DNA from: an uncultured Ardenticatenaceae bacterium
GTDB lineage: Bacteria; Chloroflexota; Anaerolineae; Promineifilales; Promineifilaceae
NCBI GenBank assembly: GCA_964429835.1
Contig: CAYSDT010000001.1
Span: forward strand, 1-27,023
DNA: 27,023 nucleotides
Reading direction: 5' to 3'
Below the pieces are notes generated by a model. The model saw nothing but the letters and a program-made list of their open reading frames with translations. It did not search any database and had not been told where the DNA came from. Made by a program: the position numbers and the translations under genes. Numbering within the stretch: position 1 is the stretch's first letter; each line of letters begins with the position of its first letter. Positions 16,192 through 25,226 of the stretch are shown here, in pieces.

Positions 16192-19100
16192 CAGCTTTGC
16201 CCTCCATTTGAGGTGGATGCAGTCTCGGCTGTATTTTCCAGATAAGCGTACACATCTACCCCCAACAGTCGGTTAATTTCGCGGGCGGCCGTTTGCAACA
16301 CAGTTTCAGCGTCAACGGCGGTATGCACACGCTCAGAAACTTCGCGTAATAGCCGTTCCTGACGAGCGCGGGCGCGGGTCTGTTCAAACAGTCGCGCACT
16401 TTCCAAAGCGACGGCCACATAGTTAGCAATGCTAACCAACAACGAGAGATCGGTTTCATCATATTCGTCATAGTTATAACTTTGGATAGAAAGCGTACCT
16501 GTCACTTCCTGCCCTGTATGCAATGGTGCATACATCACCGATACGGTCTCTCTATTATCATTTGTGCCAATAAACAACTCACCCCGCTTGCGATCTTCCA
16601 CCACTTCTTCTGCTGTAAGATTATTCAGAATCGGCTCGCCATTTTGCAAAACACGATAGCTATAACTGTCTGGATGAAGCGGCAGCGGCTCCTGATGGGT
16701 GCGTACATCCTGTTCATAAATGAGGGGATACTCCATCAACTCCGTCTCTGCGTTGTAAAGCATGATGTGGAATGTGCCAACATCCATCAACAGCTTCATT
16801 TCCGTGTAAATGGCTTGCAGTAATGGTTCAACATCTACTTGCTGGGAAGCGATTTGGGCAACACGATTTACCGTTGCCATCTCTTCACTGCGCCGTTTGG
16901 CTTCGGCAAGAGCTTCTTCAGTTTGTTCAAAAAGGCGTGCATTTTGCACTGTCGTGGCTGCCTGAGCAATGATGGTCTCTGCTAATCGTAACTGATCTTC
17001 TGTAAATTGTGTGTTGGCGGTCTTAATGTCCAAACCAACTGTACCAATCAGTTCCCCACCAATAATCATTGGGAAAACGGCAACCGCTTGAATGTTCTCT
17101 TTACGGAAAATGCCATGTGTAACGGCCGTTAATGGACTACTCTGCGCGTCAGCCACAAACGCATATTGGCGCGTATCCAATACACGTTGAGTCAACAAAT
17201 TCCCCTCAATGGGGATGACTAAGCCTTCCAAATCCGCACCCGCTGGATAGGACGCGGTGATGATGAGATTTTCACGCGCTTCATCAAGCAATGTGATGCT
17301 GGACTGGGCGATATTCAGCACAGAAACAAGCTCTTCGGCCACAATGCGAAGGCTTTCTTGCAAATCTAATGTTTTTGAAATTTTAGCGACAATTTCGTTA
17401 AGCTGTTCCATCTCGTGGCCGCGTCGCTGTGCCATAGACAGCGCGTTTTCTGTCTGGTTTTCTAATCGCAACGCTTCGATATGGCTGCTCAACTGGGCGG
17501 CAACTTGCTCTAGCAAAACGGCCGTTCCCCCATCAATCCCATTCTCCGCTTCCACCGAAAGGGAGCCAATTTTCTGCCCGCCAATGACGAGCGACTGAGA
17601 AACGGCCGTTTTCAACGATTCCAAACTATCCGCTTCTTCTACGTTCTCTTCTATAAACGGCGTAACTTCATTGCCATCATACTGATACCCATGCGCCAAC
17701 GCCTGCTCACTTTGCTGTTGATATGAATCCCAGCCTTCGCGGGTCATGCGGCGCAATGCGCGTTCCGCTTCGTTGCGGTAACGGTCTGTTTCATCCAATA
17801 AGCGCAAATTTTCAATGCGCTGTCCTACCTGTTGCGCTACCAAATCAAGCAATTCCTGTTCGCCATCTGTCCACACCCGATCTTGCAGACCAACGATTTG
17901 CAGGCTGCCGACCTCTTCTTTATTGACTAAAACGGCCGTTTCCATCCCATTTTCCCCAGCCGCCAACGTCGTCAACTCCTCATCCAGTAATTTCGTTTCA
18001 ATTTGATCGTAACGATAAGCAATATGCTCGCGTCGATCAACCGCATCAAGATACGCATCCCAATTTTCATGCGTCAACAGACGTGATTGCGCTTCAATTG
18101 AAGATTGCACCTCTTCTCTTTCACCAAACAGTTCTGCATTTTGCCAAGCGATGGCTAATTGCGAAGCCAACACATCAAAGGTGATGAGGTCACTCTTTGT
18201 CAAAATACCAACTTGATCGGCCTGCATGTTCAGCGTGCCAATTAACTGCCCGCCAACCATTAACGGCACTACCATTTCAGAGCGTGTGTATGGCAATAGC
18301 TCATTGGAACGGAACATCAGATCATCACGCACATCTTCAACAACAACGGCCGTTTGTTCCGCCGCCGCCACACCATTGATCGAGCCTTTACCGACAGGCA
18401 AATAGTGGGCGCGCCGCATCAACTCTTCACCAACAAGACCCGTACCAGCCTGAATACGCAATGTCTTCCCCAAAGCGTCCACACGATAAATTTGTGTGTA
18501 ATACAGATGGAACCGCTCGCCGATAAGATTAACGGCCGTGTCCAATAATTCACGCCGATCTGTAATCTGCGTCAAGCGACTGCCAATTTCGGCCGCCAAC
18601 TCCAACCCATGCGTGCGCTGGCTCACCTGCAACTCCAACGAACCAACCAACGTCCGCAATCGCGCCGCCATCTCATTAAAAGCCTGCGCCAACGCCCCAA
18701 TCTCATCTTCTGACTCAACATCTAATGTCACATCCAAATTACCAGCAGCAATTTCTTCAGCCGATGTTGTCAACAAAATAATAGGATTGGCAATTGTTTG
18801 ACTAAAAAAAATGGCAAGACTGGGGATAAGCAATAAAGCAATCGCCAAGATCGCCAAGCCGGGGGCTAACGCAGCGTTAACAGGAGCTAAAACGGCCGTG
18901 TTTGATATAGAATTTGCCAAATACCAACGCGGACTTGTCTCGCTGGGAATCATCACTGGCTGGTACGTCAATAAATCAAGATCGGTTTTCAAAGAACCCG
19001 TTTTACCCGCCAACAACAGATCTCTCAATCCAGGAAAATCATCAACGATAGTGATTTCCATTTCTAAATCCCGTCCCCATCGTTTATCTTCATCAGGGTG

Positions 19101-20324
19101 ATATAAATAGTATCCATCTTCATCCACTAAATACGTCGTCACCTCACCTTCACCCAAAATATCCAAAAAATTCTGCGCCAACACATTGGTGACAAATACA
19201 CCTCGTGTTTCACCATTAAATTCTACTGGCGTACCATAACGAAGCATCGGCTTATACGGAATCTCAATCGCTCCATGTTCCACATTCAAATCGAGCGGCG
19301 AAATCATCAACTCACCTGACGATAATTGAATCGTGTCATCAAAATAGTAACGTCCCGACTTATTCTGCAAATCTACCGCCTCGGCAACAGAAATCACGCC
19401 ATCAGCACCACGATCAACCCGCGCGATCTCCTGCCCCGAAGCATCAATAAACCGAACCTGATCATATATTTGCCGCGTCTGGGCGATAATGCGTAATTCC
19501 TCATTCAAATGAAAAAGAGCTTCCTCAATCAATTCGGGGTCACCATCATCTACGGCTTCCAAATACGTTTGAACAACTAACGATTGTCCCAAAAATTGAA
19601 TGTCTGACTCGGTCGTACCTAAAAAGCTTTGTATCTCGCCTACCTTCCCATCACCGTCAAACAAGTTATGGATAACAATGTCGGCGTTTAGTTGGGTCGT
19701 GATTTGGGAAACAAAGAAAATACCAACAGCTGCCACAATCACAACGGGTATTGCCATAAGAACAACCAGCAATTTACTCCGTAGCTTTAGAAAACGATAT
19801 CGAATGCCAACAACTATCATCAGAATAATCGCGCCAATCCCCATCGCAATAATAGGTGTGGGAGATACCGTTGGTGTAGAACGCTCAACTGGCCCCCACC
19901 AATCCAACAGTACGGTAAAGATCATGAAAAGTGAGCCAATGATAATGAACGTGTTCGCCTTTTTCTCAGGCAATCCCTGTGTGGCAATAGCGATGATCAA
20001 CAACATCACCACCAAAGCAAATAGCGTTGCTCGCCCAGCAACCACAAAAGGAATACTCATCGTTGATGCCATCAACCCAATGAGAATAAGGCTGATGCCA
20101 AGTGATGACCGCCCCCGCCGACACAACCAAATGCTGACAAGTGCAGCAATTACGGTTGCGCCCATTGCAATGAGCGGCAACGCCCTCTGCCAGTCAGCAA
20201 GCCCATCCATCGTCAGCAAATTTCGCACTGCTCCCAGCCAAGCAACAGACATGATGACAGCAACGGATATTGATATCCAAAACGGTTCACGCGCCTGATT
20301 TGTAGTTATCTTTTGTTCACTCAT
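16191..20324 (-). CDS. Membrane sensor-like protein (1377 aa): ~6 TM, Cache-like domain, TM, HAMP, GAF, two Trp half-GAF modules, 2 GAF, partial-GAF tail
   Basis: TM-rich N-terminus. Cache-like YDQVRFIDASGQEIARVD...KSGRYYF...ISPLDLNVEHG...PMLRYGTPV. HAMP IANPIILLTTSAEEIAAGNL...DEIGALAQAFNEMA. GAF TRSEMVVPLMVGGQLIGTLNMQ. Confidence 0.93.
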   Translation of the reverse strand: MSEQKITTNQAREPFWISISVAVIMSVAWLGAVRNLLTMDGLADWQRALPLIAMGATVIAALVSIWLCRRGRSSLGISLILIGLMASTMSIPFVVAGRATLFALVVMLLIIAIATQGLPEKKANTFIIIGSLFMIFTVLLDWWGPVERSTPTVSPTPIIAMGIGAIILMIVVGIRYRFLKLRSKLLVVLMAIPVVIVAAVGIFFVSQITTQLNADIVIHNLFDGDGKVGEIQSFLGTTESDIQFLGQSLVVQTYLEAVDDGDPELIEEALFHLNEELRIIAQTRQIYDQVRFIDASGQEIARVDRGADGVISVAEAVDLQNKSGRYYFDDTIQLSSGELMISPLDLNVEHGAIEIPYKPMLRYGTPVEFNGETRGVFVTNVLAQNFLDILGEGEVTTYLVDEDGYYLYHPDEDKRWGRDLEMEITIVDDFPGLRDLLLAGKTGSLKTDLDLLTYQPVMIPSETSPRWYLANSISNTAVLAPVNAALAPGLAILAIALLLIPSLAIFFSQTIANPIILLTTSAEEIAAGNLDVTLDVESEDEIGALAQAFNEMAARLRTLVGSLELQVSQRTHGLELAAEIGSRLTQITDRRELLDTAVNLIGERFHLYYTQIYRVDALGKTLRIQAGTGLVGEELMRRAHYLPVGKGSINGVAAAEQTAVVVEDVRDDLMFRSNELLPYTRSEMVVPLMVGGQLIGTLNMQADQVGILTKSDLITFDVLASQLAIAWQNAELFGEREEVQSSIEAQSRLLTHENWDAYLDAVDRREHIAYRYDQIETKLLDEELTTLAAGENGMETAVLVNKEEVGSLQIVGLQDRVWTDGEQELLDLVAQQVGQRIENLRLLDETDRYRNEAERALRRMTREGWDSYQQQSEQALAHGYQYDGNEVTPFIEENVEEADSLESLKTAVSQSLVIGGQKIGSLSVEAENGIDGGTAVLLEQVAAQLSSHIEALRLENQTENALSMAQRRGHEMEQLNEIVAKISKTLDLQESLRIVAEELVSVLNIAQSSITLLDEARENLIITASYPAGADLEGLVIPIEGNLLTQRVLDTRQYAFVADAQSSPLTAVTHGIFRKENIQAVAVFPMIIGGELIGTVGLDIKTANTQFTEDQLRLAETIIAQAATTVQNARLFEQTEEALAEAKRRSEEMATVNRVAQIASQQVDVEPLLQAIYTEMKLLMDVGTFHIMLYNAETELMEYPLIYEQDVRTHQEPLPLHPDSYSYRVLQNGEPILNNLTAEEVVEDRKRGELFIGTNDNRETVSVMYAPLHTGQEVTGTLSIQSYNYDEYDETDLSLLVSIANYVAVALESARLFEQTRARARQERLLREVSERVHTAVDAETVLQTAAREINRLLGVDVYAYLENTAETASTSNGGQS

Positions 20325-20340
20325 AATAGCCGCTTTATCG

Positions 20341-20389
20341 AATTAACAATTGACAATTGATAATTGACAATTGTTAATTGACAATTAAG
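20341..20389. repeat. Seven-unit heptamer tandem repeat (consensus AATTGAC), STRR-like
   Basis: AATTAAC AATTGAC AATTGAT AATTGAC AATTGTT AATTGAC AATTAAG, located in the 126-nt intergenic gap just upstream of the 1377-aa gene. Confidence 0.85.
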
Positions 20390-20450
20390 TTGTCGGAGTG
20401 GAGATTCATTTAATCCCTAAACTTTGGAAGGTTTTATTTAATCTCCATTC

Positions 20451-22841
20451 CTAAGATTTATTTCTATTGATTTCCGCAATTGCTTGTTGCACACCCAACG
20501 ATTCACCCAATTCATGGGCGGCAATATGCAACACACTATCCACATCCGTCGCCATCTGAATTTTCTGCCCGATGAGGTTGGCGGTCGCTTCCCGATCTGC
20601 CCGCTCGCGAATATCCTGATACAGGTAGATGTTTCGTAGAGCAACGGCCGTTTGGTTAGCAACCGATTGCAACAAGTGCATATCATCCTCACCCAACCCC
20701 CCGACCTCATTATGTTGAACATCCAGCACGCCCAACACATCCTCTGTAGTAAATGCGATTGGAATCGCCGCCTCAGAGCGCGTATCAGGAAGCAATGAAT
20801 TCGGCTGCCACTCATCATCTTGCAACGTGTCGGCGATCAAAATCGCCTCATTATTCACGGCCGCACGCCCAACCAAACCAACGCCCACCGGCATCTTATG
20901 CCCGCCGCTCATCATGCTCAAGCCAGCCTCACCAGAGCCGCCAACCATATTCAGCTCATTTAATTCCTGATCAAGCAGATAAATTTGCACATAGTAATAC
21001 CCAAACGTCGCCTGCGTCACCTCTACCACCTCAGCAACCAATCGTTCCTGATCGAGGATGGTAGAAATATCACGGCTAATTTCAAGTGTTGTTGCCAATG
21101 CCAGCGTCCGTTCTGCTACACGATCTTCCAGTCCAGACATCGTGTGCTGAATTTCATCAGCCATATTATTAAATGTAACCGTCAACTGACCGATCTCATC
21201 TTTGGTTGTCACCTCTGCCCGTGCATCCAAATCACCAGAAGCCACCGCTTGGGTTGCCTCAATCAATCCTGTAATCGGACGAATAAGCACACGGCCGAAG
21301 AGAGCAACCACAATCGAAGAGATTGCCAACGCGGTCAACCCCAACACAATCAATCCCCGCTGCTGTTCATCCACAGGTTCTAAACTGGCCGCAAGCCCCT
21401 CTTGAGCGACAACTGTCCAGCCCAAATCAGCGATAATTGGTAAATTGGCAGAGGTACGCAAATCAACCTGACTGACCAACTGGGAACTATCGGCAAATTC
21501 AACAATGGCGTAAGAGTCATCTTTCACCGCCGCCAACAGTTCAACCGTTTCTGGTGATAAATCAAGTGTAGAAAAAGTAGTCGCATCCAAAAGTTGATCA
21601 CCAGGTAACAGCAATCCTAACTGACCTGTTTCACCCAAACCATCTTCGGCTGCCAGCAATGCAGCACGCAAATCACGCAAACTGTATGTTGCATGCAATG
21701 CACCAATTACACGACGAGAACTGCGCTCAAGGAGAGGGATGGCGATATCCACGTTAATCACGCGATTCACCGCGTCTACCTGTGGATCACTGATATACGT
21801 CAATCCACCAAAAACAACAGGCCACCACTCTTCGTCGCTATGATCGTAATGCTCAGTGCGGTTTGTGCTGGAAACCAACACACCACGTTTATCAACAATA
21901 AATGTCTCTGAGTAGGCGGGGAATGAGCGGCGAAATTGAGATAATTCTACAGCCAGCGTATTGTTCAACACTTGTTGAATCAGCGGGTCTGTAAAATCAG
22001 CCGTATGCCACGCTTCATCTTCTTCTGTTACTTTGTCAGCAATTTCTGTTGCTGTCTGCCCCAGATATTCATCATTATGTGTTTGTAATATCGACTGGAA
22101 AGCGTTATTAAAGCTGAACGCTTGCATCAGGCTAACTTGTTGGGCAAGTAAATCCCCGATATTTGCCGCTTGTATGTCAGCTACGCCATACAATGTATTG
22201 CCGACTGCGGTGGTAATGGTTTTGCTGGTGCTATTGCCAATAAAGAAAACAACACCCACGACTGCTCCTGTTATGACCAACACATTGGTAACAAACAGTT
22301 TGACGAGCAAGCTATAACTTGGGAAACGACGGATAGCAAAGTAAATAGCTACTAACATGCTGCCGAGTAAAAGCAGTGGCACAATAATATCTAATGGAGG
22401 AGGCAAGGGGGTGCGTGCATACGGCCAAAACAGGTCTAGCAATACCAGGCCAATGGCTAATGCAACGTCAGCAATCGTTCCCCAAATCAAATACTGGGGG
22501 AGTGTTTGTGACACAATAACGGCCGTTAATACGAAACTGACAACCGCCAACATCAATCCAATATCCAGTAACTGTATAGTGATACCATATACCGAAATCC
22601 AAATGATTACGATAATTAATACGCTGCCAATGGCAACACGGCCGTTTCTAATCAGCCATATATTTATCACCGCCACAATAAATATCATCGTTGGCAACAA
22701 TGTCTTTACGAAATCCTGATCCCCTAGCAAGCGTACCACAAAAGAAGCCACGCTTAACACCAGTGTCGTGACAAGGATGACGATGCCGATACGCAACGCA
22801 CGCGCCTTTAGTTCTGCTGCATCCACCGTAGGCTCTATCAT
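20451..22841 (-). CDS. Membrane sensor-like protein (796 aa): ~6 TM, dCache-like domain, TM, HAMP, GAF, partial-GAF tail
   Basis: TM-rich N-terminus. Cache-like TFIVDKRG...DEEWW...YISDPQVD. HAMP LIRPITGLIEATQAVASGDL...DEIGQLTVTFNNMA. GAF FGYYYVQIYLLD...TRSEAAIPI. ATGA overlap with the upstream gene and GGAGG 7 nt before the start. Confidence 0.93.
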   Translation of the reverse strand: MIEPTVDAAELKARALRIGIVILVTTLVLSVASFVVRLLGDQDFVKTLLPTMIFIVAVINIWLIRNGRVAIGSVLIIVIIWISVYGITIQLLDIGLMLAVVSFVLTAVIVSQTLPQYLIWGTIADVALAIGLVLLDLFWPYARTPLPPPLDIIVPLLLLGSMLVAIYFAIRRFPSYSLLVKLFVTNVLVITGAVVGVVFFIGNSTSKTITTAVGNTLYGVADIQAANIGDLLAQQVSLMQAFSFNNAFQSILQTHNDEYLGQTATEIADKVTEEDEAWHTADFTDPLIQQVLNNTLAVELSQFRRSFPAYSETFIVDKRGVLVSSTNRTEHYDHSDEEWWPVVFGGLTYISDPQVDAVNRVINVDIAIPLLERSSRRVIGALHATYSLRDLRAALLAAEDGLGETGQLGLLLPGDQLLDATTFSTLDLSPETVELLAAVKDDSYAIVEFADSSQLVSQVDLRTSANLPIIADLGWTVVAQEGLAASLEPVDEQQRGLIVLGLTALAISSIVVALFGRVLIRPITGLIEATQAVASGDLDARAEVTTKDEIGQLTVTFNNMADEIQHTMSGLEDRVAERTLALATTLEISRDISTILDQERLVAEVVEVTQATFGYYYVQIYLLDQELNELNMVGGSGEAGLSMMSGGHKMPVGVGLVGRAAVNNEAILIADTLQDDEWQPNSLLPDTRSEAAIPIAFTTEDVLGVLDVQHNEVGGLGEDDMHLLQSVANQTAVALRNIYLYQDIRERADREATANLIGQKIQMATDVDSVLHIAAHELGESLGVQQAIAEINRNKS

Positions 22842-24631
22842 TCTGCATCCTCCAACGAAACATGCCCATTCCCATTAAACATATCGGCATCATCTGGTTT
22901 TGTTATTCCAAAATCAGCTAACTGCACCGTTGCTTGCCCCGACCCAACAGAACGCCCAACCTCGCGTACTGCAATTTGCAATGCACGCTCCACTGTCGTT
23001 GCCTGCTGAATTTTCTGGTTAATTTCATTGATACGCGCCTGTTGGTCAGCCATTTCCCGTGTATCTGCATACAAGCGGGCATTTCGCAGGGCGATGGCAA
23101 CTTGATTAGCGATGGATTGCAGCACACGAATATCTTCATCACGGATACTACCTGCGGCATCCTGCTGCACATCTAACACGCCCAACAGCACATCACCAAC
23201 AGAAATAGGAACGGCCGCTTCTGATTTCGTCTCTGGCAGTAAGGGGTTATGGAACCAGTTTTCATCCTCAGTCACATCGGCGGCAACGATGGGCGTATTT
23301 GTTTCTGCCACCCGTCCCACCATCCCTGCGCCCAGCGCAATGGCTCGCCCTTGTGCCAACATAACGCGCCCCGCATCACCCGTGCCGCCAGCCAGCATCA
23401 ACATATCGCCACTCTTGTCTAGCAGATAAATGTGAACATGGTAGTAGCCAAATGTTTCCTGAATTTGTTCAACAACTTCTTTAACTAACTCTTCTTGCGT
23501 CAATATGGTTGACAGGCGGCGACTAACTTCGATACTGGATTCTAATGCTTGTGTGCGGGCAACAACGCGCTGTTCCAAATCATCAATTAGCACCTGTATA
23601 TGCGCGGTCATTTCATTCATCGCAACCGCAAGCGTTGAAATCTCTTTAGGGCCGTCCAACGGGGCTTGTGCGGCAAAATCGCCATCTTGAATTTTAACGG
23701 CCGTTTCTTCCAATGCTGTAATCGGCTCCGTAATGCGATTAACGACAAAAATACTGACGACAACCGCCACCACAATTATCAACACAATCACCCCCGCTAA
23801 TAATAGCGCGGCCATTACCGTTTCCTGCTGTGTCAATGCCGACAAACTCTCTACCACTACATTAAACGCCCTAAATTTCAACTTCATATCGGCCGTAGAA
23901 ACAAAAGAGGGTTCACCAAACAAACCCGCATAACGGCCATCTTCCTCTGGAGGTGTAAATGTCATTCCCTCCAATACCACATCCTTGTCCATATGGGCGA
24001 TCACGCGATCACGCACATCAACAACGTAAATGCTTATCCCCTCTTGCACAGGCACTTCAGACAGGAAACTCCATATCGTTGAAAAATCAACCTCTGCCAC
24101 CAACACGCCCGTCCCCCATCCCGTTTCAGGATCAATTAACGGATGTGAGATCAGCATAGTCGGCTTACCGCTCTCTTCATCTAGTTGCGCGTCACCATAA
24201 TGCGTATCTAAGGTGAGCAACGGTTGAGCATAAATGGGATCAGAGCGATCCCACGCTTCTCCATTCATTGGCGAAACAACTCCATCCAAAGAGACGTAAG
24301 CAAGCTCTTCCGCATTCCGATCAAGCAATGTCAACGAGCGAAAAGCGTCGTTATGCGTTAAAAGATGTTCCAGAGCCACTTCCTGCTCGGCCTCATCCAT
24401 CGCTGTCAAATTCTGTACCTTCGACAAAAACGCCATTTCATCGGTAATGGTAGATACAAAATTGTCAACTTGCACGGCAACACGCTGCGCCAACACTTGC
24501 TGCAAAGCAAGCGCGTCATCCTCCCGTGCGACCATATTACGCGGCACCAACACAGCGACGATGATCAGCAAGGGAGCGATAGACATGGCGATATAAGAAA
24601 ATAATAGTTGAGTGCGAATGCTCTTAAACAT
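22838..24631 (-). CDS. Membrane sensor-like protein (597 aa): TM, dCache-like domain, TM, HAMP, GAF, partial-GAF tail; first gene of the array
   Basis: Two TM segments flank the Cache-like region (FRSLTLLDRNAEE...HPL...GVLVAEVD...YVVDVRDRVIAH). HAMP ITEPITALEETAVKIQDGD...EISTLAVAMNEMT. GAF FGYYHVHIYLLD...TKSEAAVPISVGDVLLGVLDVQ. Confidence 0.93.
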   Translation of the reverse strand: MFKSIRTQLLFSYIAMSIAPLLIIVAVLVPRNMVAREDDALALQQVLAQRVAVQVDNFVSTITDEMAFLSKVQNLTAMDEAEQEVALEHLLTHNDAFRSLTLLDRNAEELAYVSLDGVVSPMNGEAWDRSDPIYAQPLLTLDTHYGDAQLDEESGKPTMLISHPLIDPETGWGTGVLVAEVDFSTIWSFLSEVPVQEGISIYVVDVRDRVIAHMDKDVVLEGMTFTPPEEDGRYAGLFGEPSFVSTADMKLKFRAFNVVVESLSALTQQETVMAALLLAGVIVLIIVVAVVVSIFVVNRITEPITALEETAVKIQDGDFAAQAPLDGPKEISTLAVAMNEMTAHIQVLIDDLEQRVVARTQALESSIEVSRRLSTILTQEELVKEVVEQIQETFGYYHVHIYLLDKSGDMLMLAGGTGDAGRVMLAQGRAIALGAGMVGRVAETNTPIVAADVTEDENWFHNPLLPETKSEAAVPISVGDVLLGVLDVQQDAAGSIRDEDIRVLQSIANQVAIALRNARLYADTREMADQQARINEINQKIQQATTVERALQIAVREVGRSVGSGQATVQLADFGITKPDDADMFNGNGHVSLEDAE

Positions 24632-24664
24632 GCGTATATCTCTTTTCTGCTAAACGATATTGAT

Positions 24665-24766
24665 GACTCTACTGAAAAAAGGTGTTGAAACCCAAAAGTT
24701 CAACTTTTTGTCTCGACAGGATTTATGCCTTATTGGGTAAAAGTCGAACTTTTTTCAGTGGACTCT
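24665..24766. repeat. Short inverted-repeat element or operator pair upstream of the sensor array
   Basis: ACTGAAAAAAG (24671-24681) and CTTTTTTCAGT (24749-24759) are perfect inverted repeats. GACTCT is directly repeated outside them (24665 and 24761). Two internal palindromes AAAAGTTCAACTTTT and AAAAGTCGAACTTTT. Confidence 0.5.
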
Positions 24767-24786
24767 ATTGATGAGTATGATAATGC

Positions 24787-24819
24787 AAAAAGCCACGAGA
24801 TAACGGTGTCGTGGCTTTT
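24787..24819 (-). terminator. Intrinsic-terminator-like hairpin, possibly bidirectional
   Basis: AAAAGCCACGA-10 nt loop-TCGTGGCTTTT. On the minus strand the GC-rich stem is followed by TTTTT. Lies between gatB and the sensor array. Confidence 0.55.
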
Positions 24820-25226
24820 GTGGCGATGGAATTTTTACGGTTTTGAACAAGGCGGGACAAATGGGTGGCGTACACGGCAAACAAACGGCCGTTTTCGCCA
24901 ATCGCTCTTTTTCGTATGAATTTATTCAGTAAGGTATCAACGCTATTCATATGTTCAGTTTCCCGTTTTTAATCAATGCTAAACGGCCGTTAGGTCAGTG
25001 CAAAACCAGTTTCTTGCACAACCCAAATCGGGTATAAAACACCCTCCACCCACATAAAACATTCGACTGATATGATAGCACAAAACCAGCTATCTAACGT
25101 GAACAATCCGTAGAAGAACAGGGGGTAAAGCAGGCGACAGTCCAATGGGGTACAAAAGTACCATGCAAAAAACCGCTTAACAGCGTCGTCTACCAGATAA
25201 ATTGTTTGATACTACAATAAAAAATA

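Noticed and set aside
19600-20298. 232-aa plus-strand ORF
   Set aside because: Antisense shadow of the TM-coding part of the 1377-aa gene, with low-complexity Ile/Thr/Ala content and no motif.
20350-20378. TTGACA-N17-GTTAAT as a sigma70 promoter (a similar arrangement exists on the other strand)
   Set aside because: It is a by-product of the heptamer repeat, and the -10 lacks the conserved first TA.
1-24631. Calling the sensors histidine kinases or chemoreceptors
   Set aside because: No H, N, G1 or G2 boxes and no MCP signalling hairpin are visible in any complete member.
24725-24950. Two short opposing ORFs in the intergenic region
   Set aside because: No RBS or motif, and they overlap the repeat and hairpin structures.
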